Shown here piece by piece: positions 55,387 through 64,000 of a stretch of DNA of 64,000 bases. The notes beneath the pieces are model-generated. The model was not told the DNA's origin, did not search any database, and saw only the letters and a program-made list of their open reading frames with translations. This stretch comes from Octopus sinensis (taxonomy: Eukaryota): NCBI RefSeq assembly GCF_006345805.1, contig NC_043012.1, positions 39,866,001-39,930,000 of the forward strand, read 5' to 3'. The translations under genes and the position numbers were made by a program. Position 1 is the first letter of the stretch; the number at the start of each line of letters is the position of its first letter.

Positions 55387-56496
55387 GTATAAATATCAAC
55401 ATATATATAACGTCATTTAATATACATGCAAGTACGTAAAAGCGAAATACAGCTAGAATTAAGAATATTGATAATTTAGTAGAAATATTCGAAATTCCGG
55501 ATGTGATGTATGTCCGTGTGTGTATTTATATGTGTGTTATTTTTTTTCTGTCTGTTTGTGTTTTTGTAAACATGATAACGGACTCATAAATCTTTTCAGA
55601 TCGGAATTTTCCAGTTAAAATTCGTCTTCGCCGTTCCTTGCCCTCAGTTTGTCTCGTAGACCAATGATCAAATCCATTCTAACTGTAAACATCCCCATCT
55701 ATTTTTTTTTAGACATTTTATCTCAACCTATATTATCAATTTTTTTTTATCGTTATTATTATTATTCCTCTTTTAAAAGTCGGTATGATATGATTTTGGC
55801 TGGCGAGAGGTGTTCACTGCTATATCTAGCAGGTCGACCATATAGGGTCTCCCTCATTAGTTCTCAAACTTAATACGATTATCGTCATACAATGAAGTCT
55901 TTCGGTATATCTAGAGTTCACCATGATTTCTTTAGTTCTTCGCGTATATCGAGGTAAGAGATAAGAGGTCCAGGCATCATTATGAACACACATCTTTGTC
56001 CTAAACAACCCAAACATGAGTTGCCGTTAGCCACTTGGTGTCTTTCTTCTGCCTCTTTGCTTATCTGTAGACACTTGGTCAAAGCTTTTGTTAAACCTCC
56101 TTGGAATATGTTCAATTAATTAAATTTATGTCATACACTAATCACTGCATCGTTTCTTAACTTATGTAATCAGATTCATGCTATTGGCTTATTTCAGTTG
56201 CTTCCTTAAAGTTAATAGAAATTTTTAATTCTGTAAATTACACTGCATCGTTAATGTAAATATCTTTCGTTAATGCAAAAACCCTTAACGGATCTGGCAG
56301 CATAAGTAAACTACACTATACTGATGAGGTTTAATTGTATCAAAAGATGTGCATAGTTGTCTCCCTTATCTGCAAGCCAATATTAGACTTTGCTACTTAG
56401 CTTGAAATTTATTTCAAGTGGATAATTCTGAGGCTTTTTTCTTTTCTTTTCTTTTTTTAATTATCCCCCTTCAGAAAGTCACAATAGATACTAGGT

Positions 56497-56828
56497 CAGG
56501 TCTGGCTAACTCGAATTACATTGCGGGCCACTTTAATCGCAGAAAGTTTTTTGAGGGCCGCTTATATACTGACAGATTTGAAAGCACTTTGCCTTTTCGT
56601 GCTATTATTACAATAATGAATGAACGATCGTTGATTCAACATGAAATATTATCGCTTCAAAACCAGTCGTATCTTTCTTTTTTTACTTTTCATTACAATC
56701 TTTAATTTTTAATAAAAATTTTAAAATCCTTGTTTAAATAAACCCATTTCTAGAAAGTATCAAGCGGGCCGCAAGATAAAAGTCTGTGGGCGGAATGCGG
56801 CCTTCGGGCCTCAGGTTGGCCAGCCCTG
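56497..56828. mobile_element. non-autonomous hAT (Charlie-like) element / MITE, 332 bp
   Basis: TIRs CAGGTCTGGCTAAC / GTTGGCCAGCCCTG (12/14); 8-bp TSD TACTAGGT (56489-56496) vs TACTAGAT (56829-56836); subterminal GCGGGCC motifs. Confidence 0.85.
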
Positions 56829-56990
56829 TACTAGATGATTTTTTTCCCTTGGTCTTACTAAATACTGTAATGTTTCTGCGTGCAATATTTACTTCTGTCC
56901 TCTTTAGCAAACTTTCTGGAGTTGTGATGAATTCGTTCGCCATGAGGAAGGAAGAAGCGGAACCTTCTGGACCCACAAGGAGAAAATGAG

Positions 56991-57351
56991 TCTTTTTACT
57001 TGTTTCAGTCATTAGACTGTGGCTGTGCTGGAGCACCGCTTCGAAGCATTTTAGTCGAGCGAATCGTCTACAGTACTTTTTTTTAAAGTCTGGTACTTAT
57101 TATATCGGTCCCTTTTGTTGAACCGCTAACTTACGGGGTCGTAAACACACCAAAACCGGTTGTCAAGCGATAGTAGTGGACAAACACAAACACATAGTTA
57201 TATACGACGAGCTCTTTCAGTTTCCGTCTACGAAATCCACTCACAAAGCTTAGGTCGGCCCAAGGCTATAGTAGAAGACACTATTCCAAGGTGCCATGCA
57301 GTGGGACTGAACCCGGAATCATGTAGTTGGTAAGCAAGCTACTTAGCGCAC
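56991..57351 (-). mobile_element. SINE family A
   Basis: Colinear match with a short internal microsatellite. Confidence 0.88.
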
Positions 57352-57730
57352 ATATTCTTTTCATTTTTTTTTTCTATGAGTGACAAAGAACATCAGTTTC
57401 TTCCCTCCCACAATACACGAACTGACAGAAGCTCACTGACTCCACTTTATAATGTTTATCCCCACAAACCACTCAACCACCGGTGTTTTTCGCATCTGGT
57501 TTCTGTTTTACTTATCTTAATAAAAAAACAACAGCATTTTCAGAGGAGGTTATGAGAGTCAGCCGAGATTAATAAATCTACTGCAGACTTCAAAATTGAA
57601 TTTCGAATATCATGAAATAACATGTGTGTGTAAGTGTGTGTGTGTAAGTGTGTGTGTGTGAATGAGTGTATGTGGGCATAGATAAATAATTCCGTACACT
57701 TATAGGTGTACGTATGTATAAAAATGCATG

Positions 57731-57778
<48 letters not shown>

Positions 57779-58241
57779 GTCAGTATATATAGGTAAATAT
57801 ATGTAGGGGTGAGTGTATTGGTATATATAGGTATATATATGTACATATATGCGTACCTATATCTGTGTTTGTGTATGTATTCGTAAAAGTCTAAGTGTAT
57901 GTGTTTATTATATATATATATATATATATGCAAGTTTATGCATAGGTGTATAAGTATATATATATATATATATAATATTATGTGTGCATATATGTGTATA
58001 CCTAAATGTATGTGTATAACTTTATATACGTATGTAGAAGAATGTGTATATGTAAGAGAGTGCGTATTTATGAGTATGTGTATGTGTGTGTACATGTACG
58101 TATATATATATATATATATATACAGTTATGTATAGGTATGTATAAATAAGTTAGGCATGTATATGTGTATATATATACATATGCGTGCGTATAAATATGG
58201 GTATATATATTTATGTGTATAGGTGTGTGTGGGTGTATATA

Positions 58242-58286
<45 letters not shown>

Positions 58287-58957
58287 AAATATGTATATTA
58301 TTTATACACACACACACATATACCTACATATATATATTAATTATTCATTGAGACTGACTTCATAATCATATATATTGAAAACGTTTGTGTTGAGAGCGGA
58401 GACAATTTCAACAGCAAAATAGATTATGAAAATGTAAATATTGTTATTTCTAATATATTGTAAATTACTGGTGCGTTAATAGTATTTTCTTTCAATATTA
58501 CATAGTATTACACAATATTAATGCATCCATATATACATACAGAGAGAAGGAGAGGGAGAGAGAGAGGATGGAGGAGAAAAGAGAGTTCAGACAACAAGGT
58601 GTTTACGTCTGTCTATTACATACAACATTGGCTCCTATCTATACATATTTCTGCAGTGTACTTAACAATATTATAGATATTATGGTAGATAACACCAATA
58701 TATATACATTGCAGAATGGAGAATAGAGTGGAAAAAAAAAGAATCATTTTTCAGAATCTTAAGGAATAACAAAACTAATGACGTCATTGTTGTCATGACA
58801 GTAAAATGGTAAAAATCGTTGAAGCGGCAGGTAATATGACCGCAGAGTTTATTTAAGGTCCTTGTCGCTCCATGCTTAAATCCATACGAAGCCGATTTTG
58901 CATTCAAATTCTTTCGAAAGGTCGAAATATATTCAGTACCATTAGGTGATCAAATCT

Positions 58958-58991
<34 letters not shown>

Positions 58992-59167
58992 CTATTGGAT
59001 TTTACTCATAAGGTATTGGAATCTTATATGTATACCATGCTGCCTAAAAAAAAAATGGATCTACAAATACATTATCCCTACACATCTCACATCCATTTTC
59101 TCTCCTCCACCTTACTCTCTATTTTGTATTTTATCTAAATCAACTAAATTAACCATCCTCTCACACC

Positions 59168-59215
59168 GTCTCCGATGAAGGAATATGATAAATATCCTGG
59201 AAACAGCTGTAAGAC
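59168..59215 (+). ncRNA. degenerate type I hammerhead-like motif (probable Penelope-like terminal repeat, about 59060-59275)
   Basis: GUCU-CCGAUGA-AGGAAUAU-GAUAA-AUAUCCU-G-GAAAC-AGCU-GUA-AGAC: stem I GUCU/AGAC, palindromic ACAGCUGU at helix III, U4-to-C change. Confidence 0.55.
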
Positions 59216-59278
59216 CTATCTATAAATGTTCTAATATCTACACAGCTTTGGTTTATTCTCACATTACGAAAAAAAATG

Positions 59279-59312
<34 letters not shown>

Positions 59313-59326
59313 TACATACATACTTT

Positions 59327-60078
59327 TTTTCAGGATTAAATAAAAAGACATACAAACGAAAAATATGACCCAGTTAAAAAAACAAAACGTGTAGTTAATA
59401 AAGAAACGAACAGAAACCACAGAGGTTTTCAGCCAGATGGTCACACGCAATTTCAACCATTATCGATAATATTGATTCCACTCTGGGGACACCAACAAGA
59501 CTGGAACCAAAGAATAACAAAACGAAACAGGCTCGAGATGAGTCGGTTAGTGGACGGATTAGGGACAAAACAATAAACAGAATAAAGGATTAGAGCCACA
59601 CAAAGACAATAATGTTAATACATATATACAACAAAAAGCTTTGGGGTTGCAAGACAAAAGTGGGTAACCTGAAGGAGAAATGAAAACTGTTCTAAAGGAC
59701 TATAGATACGGAAAGGGTGTATATGCATCATCATTTCTGTCTTCGTGTGGCCCTAAGCCTTTGATTTATTTATTGCTTTGTCCCTCGTCCGTCCACAAAT
59801 GGTCTTGTCTCAAGCCCCTCTCGTTTTGTTATGTTTTGGTTCCATTCCCTGCACGTTTCTTGTCGGTGCCTCTAGGACAGAAGCAATATTTCCGATAATG
59901 GCTGAGATTGCGTTTGACCCTCTGGCCGATAACTGATGAAGAATTGGTGACCTTCTGTGTTTACTGTTCGCCTGTGTTTTTAGTATATGTTTGTTTATGT
60001 ACTACACGTTTTTTTTATTATTATATATATAGGTGTGTCGTATTTCCCGTCTGTTGTCTTTTAACTTAATCCTGAAAA
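59327..60078. repeat. large diverged inverted repeat (arms about 59327-59630 and 59718-60078)
   Basis: TTTTCAGGATTAA.../...TTAATCCTGAAAA, GTGGACGGA.AGGGACAAA / TTTGTCCCTCGTCCGTCCAC and other blocks are colinear in reverse. Confidence 0.85.
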
Positions 60079-60139
60079 TATTATTTATGTAACGCACGCA
60101 CTCATTAACTTCTTACCCATTTGTATATATATATATATA

Positions 60140-60232
<93 letters not shown>

Positions 60233-60240
60233 ACAGACAC

Positions 60241-60393
60241 ACGACGGGCTTCTTTCAGTTTCAGTCTACCAAATCCACTCTCAAAGCGTTGTCAGCCCGA
60301 GGTTAAAGTAGAGGATACTTCCTCATGGTTCCCTGCAATGGAACTGAACCCGGAACTATGTGGTTGGGAAGCGAGCTTCTCACCACAGAGCCA
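60241..60393 (-). mobile_element. 5' half of SINE family A
   Basis: ACGACGGGCTTCTTTCAGTTT...GAACCCGGAAC; truncated at the internal (TA)n. Confidence 0.85.
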
Positions 60394-60879
60394 AGATCGG
60401 TATGCAATATTGTTTTTCGTAAATGGAATGTTAAGTAACAGAGAAAGCATCAAGATAATCACAATTTGCCAGGGGGGGTCAGTTGTTCGTTTCCAGTCTC
60501 CACCATTGTGATTGTGGCCACGACTTTTAATTCACCACTGCCTCAGTCTCCCTGGCTGTAAATAGGTACAGTGTGAGGGCCTTACATCACCGTTTGAGCT
60601 ACATCCTCACTGCAATAAATTTGGGGCGTAATGATACGTTAGTTTAATGTGCCAAGTTTTCATAACTCCCTCAAACACGCGCGCATGTACTCTCGGTTCC
60701 ACCCATCCATTCTGATTTTGTGTGTTCGACCAGAATTGAATCTAGGCCTTCCCTGACACATTTACAACTTGACACGGTTGTCAATGTGCCAAATGTTTCA
60801 TTATCTCAGAATGGAGCCGACCTTCAGTCTTGCTACAGATATTAATCTCCTACAGACACGCACATACATATGTATGTGT

Positions 60880-60956
60880 GCGTATGTATATATGTATATG
60901 TATATGTATGTAATGTATGTATGTATGTATATATGTATGTATGTATGTAATGTATG

Positions 60957-60987
<31 letters not shown>

Positions 60988-61162
60988 TGTATGTATGTAT
61001 GTATGTATGTATGTATGTATGTATGTATGTATGTATGTATGTATGCATGTATGTATGTATGTATGTATGTATGTATGTATGTATGTATGCATGTATGTAT
61101 GTATGCATGTATGTATGTATGTATGTATGTATGTAATGTATGTATGCATGTATGTATGTATG

Positions 61163-61193
<31 letters not shown>

Positions 61194-61310
61194 TGTATGT
61201 ATGTATGTATGCATGTATGTATGTATGTATGTAACGTATGTATGTATGTATGTATGTATGCATGCATGTATGTATGTATGTACATATGTATGTATGTATG
61301 TATGTATGTG
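60880..61310. repeat. (TATG)n microsatellite
   Basis: Direct tandem repeat. Confidence 0.95.
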
Positions 61311-61605
61311 TACGTACTTACATATATAGATAGATAATCGTTGGTTTTATCATAATTGCACTAGACATGCATCTGAAAAAAGTACTCAATACTGAATGTT
61401 GAGTCAATTCTAATCAATGTTGATAGCAGCATTTAGGTTTTCCGGGTTCTGCTGCCTTCTTTCTCTTGCTTCTCTCACACTTACTCTGCCTGTCTATCTA
61501 TCGATCTATCTATCCACCTATCTATCTTCTATCTTTCGTTCTATCTGTCTGTTTACCTATCTATCTATTTATCTATCTAGCCATCTGTCTGTTTGTATAT
61601 ATGTT

Positions 61606-61643
<38 letters not shown>

Positions 61644-61691
61644 CATGTACATATATATGTATGTGTGTTCGCGCACATATGTATATGTGGT

Positions 61692-61747
<56 letters not shown>

Positions 61748-62946
61748 TGTGTATAAGTGAGTATGAGTGTGTGTACTGCATATGTCAGTTCAATACTGAT
61801 ATTTTAGCCCGTCGTTAAAGATTCTCACCCTGTGCGATAATCCGAGCAACAAAAGAATCGCGGTACGAGTAGAATCTTTTTAGTTGTAGAACATATTCCA
61901 ACGGGAGACCCTTCTTACTCAAGCACTGTTGATAATGCGGACAGATGGAATTGTTTATATCACTAATCGTTTCATTTTGATATTTGGGAACAATGAGGGC
62001 GTAGACCAATTATTTCAATAAAACCTGACCAATAAACACTATTTAATAGGCGATAAACGGTCGCTTTTGAGATCTGTGACACGCGTTGTTCGCCGAACAA
62101 TTCAAAGAAGTCCTTCTGTTTCTTTACTTTGCGACACGGAGACGACCACCACCTCTCATTGGTGTCTCAGATGTTCCCTCTGCTTCGAACTTAACTCTGT
62201 TGGTAGTAATGGCGAATCACGTTAATGGATCATTTTGAAAGTCTCTTATAAACCGAGTGTTCTCGCACTTCAGCTATGTTCTCGCACTTCCGGTCACACT
62301 TGGACATCAATTTCCTTTCCTAGAAGATTTGTCTTGCTTCTGTCACAACTTGCAATCAGATTCACCTGCGAAAATTTAATGTCTAGCTGCATTAGGATTC
62401 AAATTATGTCTGCAATTCTGACGGGGCACTTTATCTATGCTTGTGAGCGCGTGTGTGTGTGTATGGTCATATGTAAATCGGAAGTAAGCCTGGGGAGGTT
62501 ACTGATATCAAGAGCCGATATATGTCTGACAATTTTCACACTATTGCTTTTAAACATTTGATCAACCTCTAAACGAATACTCCCAGTATATTATCCGATA
62601 CTCAGAGTAATATATTGTGATTGATTCCATACTATAATTATAAAAAATATTTAATTCCTCCTTTGTTTTCTAACGCTTGTTCAATGATTTGTGTGTGTAA
62701 ACATACGCATACATACATATATAAACATACATGTGTGTATGTGCGTGCATATATCTATCTATATATGTATGTATTGTATGTATGTATGTATGTATGTATG
62801 TATGTATGTATGTATGTATTGGAACATAAAAATTGCGTGATATTTCATTTAGTAAACGTCAAAATTTACAGCCTAATCAAACCTATAACATTGTCAGCAT
62901 TGATAAAAAAAATTAATTTCAAAACAACGAAACGAAAATGACGTGT

Positions 62947-62984
<38 letters not shown>

Positions 62985-63312
62985 TGTGTGTGCGTGTGCG
63001 CGCGCGTTTGTGTGTGTGTGTGTGTTGTCGATTAGTTATGTTTGTATGTATTCTACTTTACCATTGTTTTGTGTTTTTTTTCTTTTAGTTTTGTCCGTGT
63101 CTATAAATATGTATGAGTGTATGTATGTGATCTATATGTGTAATCACATGTGTGTGTACGTGCGTGAAAATGAATGTATATAATTATGTATGTAAATGCG
63201 TGTTGTAATTATGTCTGTTCAATTATTTGTGTATGAATGTATATATGCATATGTATGTGTGTGTGTGTGTGTGTGTCTAAGCGTATACATATTTTATGTG
63301 TATAATGAAGAG

Positions 63313-63344
<32 letters not shown>

Positions 63345-64000
63345 GTGAAGAGGTTATGAGTGAGGAATGCTTCCAGTCCAGTTTGGCAAATAATCACAGA
63401 ACAGTGGCGACAGACAACCTGATCGAAGAAACCAAAAGGAAAGCAAGCCAACCGTGTATGGCACAGGGTTGGATGGGTGGGATGGTGGCTGGGTGTGGTG
63501 GTGGTGGTGATGGTGATGGTGAGCGATATTGTGTAGTGAGGAAACACATGGTGTGTAGAGGTGGTGGGGGAGGGGCAGCTGAATTATTGAAAGAGAGAGA
63601 GAGAGAGAGCGAGAGAGAGAGTGAGGAAGAAATTTGATAGAAGTTGTGTCTGTCGAAGTTTATAAAAGAGTGTGGGGTGGGAATGAGGGTGAGAGGCGGT
63701 GTTGATATTGATGTTGTTGTTTAGCCCCAGGTCAAATATATCTATGCAGATCATGATCAAATGCAATCCAGCCGTGACTATCCAATCTTTTTCCAAGACG
63801 TTTTTGAAATCTGGACTACACTATACATATATTTATTTTTTTATTACTATTATTATTTTTTTTTGTCATAAACTGCCTGAAACTTGTCAGAATTTTCTAT
63901 CAAACCCAGAATGGAGGAAATATTAATAATCTCAGAATATGTGCAATTGAAACATTTTATATTTTTCAATGATAGAATCTGTTAAAAGATCAGGCTGCGA

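Noticed and set aside
56315-56357. Fourth hammerhead-like motif (ACTATA-CTGATGA-GGT...ATC-AAAA...ATAGT)
   Set aside because: GAAA is absent, stem II is weak and there is no clear UH site; too degenerate.
61815-62009. Minus-strand ORF ending near a G|GTGAG donor
   Set aside because: No in-frame acceptor and no recognisable protein similarity.

Overview
AT-rich, extremely microsatellite-dense eukaryotic DNA. It looks most like a coleoid cephalopod (Octopus-like) intron or intergenic region; this is inferred from the repeat landscape and not verified. I find no convincing host protein-coding exon, and almost all listed ORFs are translations of simple repeats. The window holds a full-length mariner DNA transposon with a frameshifted transposase (32196-33484), a hAT/Charlie-type MITE with TSD (56497-56828), fragments of R4/Dong, RTE and probably L1/Tx1 LINEs, and about 20 copies of three tRNA-derived SINE families with swapped modules. 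The most interesting signals are: (1) a candidate recursive splice site (branch point, pyrimidine tract, CAG|GTAAGT and a 44-nt cryptic RS-exon) at 37142-37218; (2) several minimal hammerhead-ribozyme-like motifs of the type carried by Penelope-like elements; (3) a recurrent set of foldback/inverted structures that would form dsRNA if transcribed; (4) an (AAT)n-anchored nest of retroelements at 10.4-13.7 kb.
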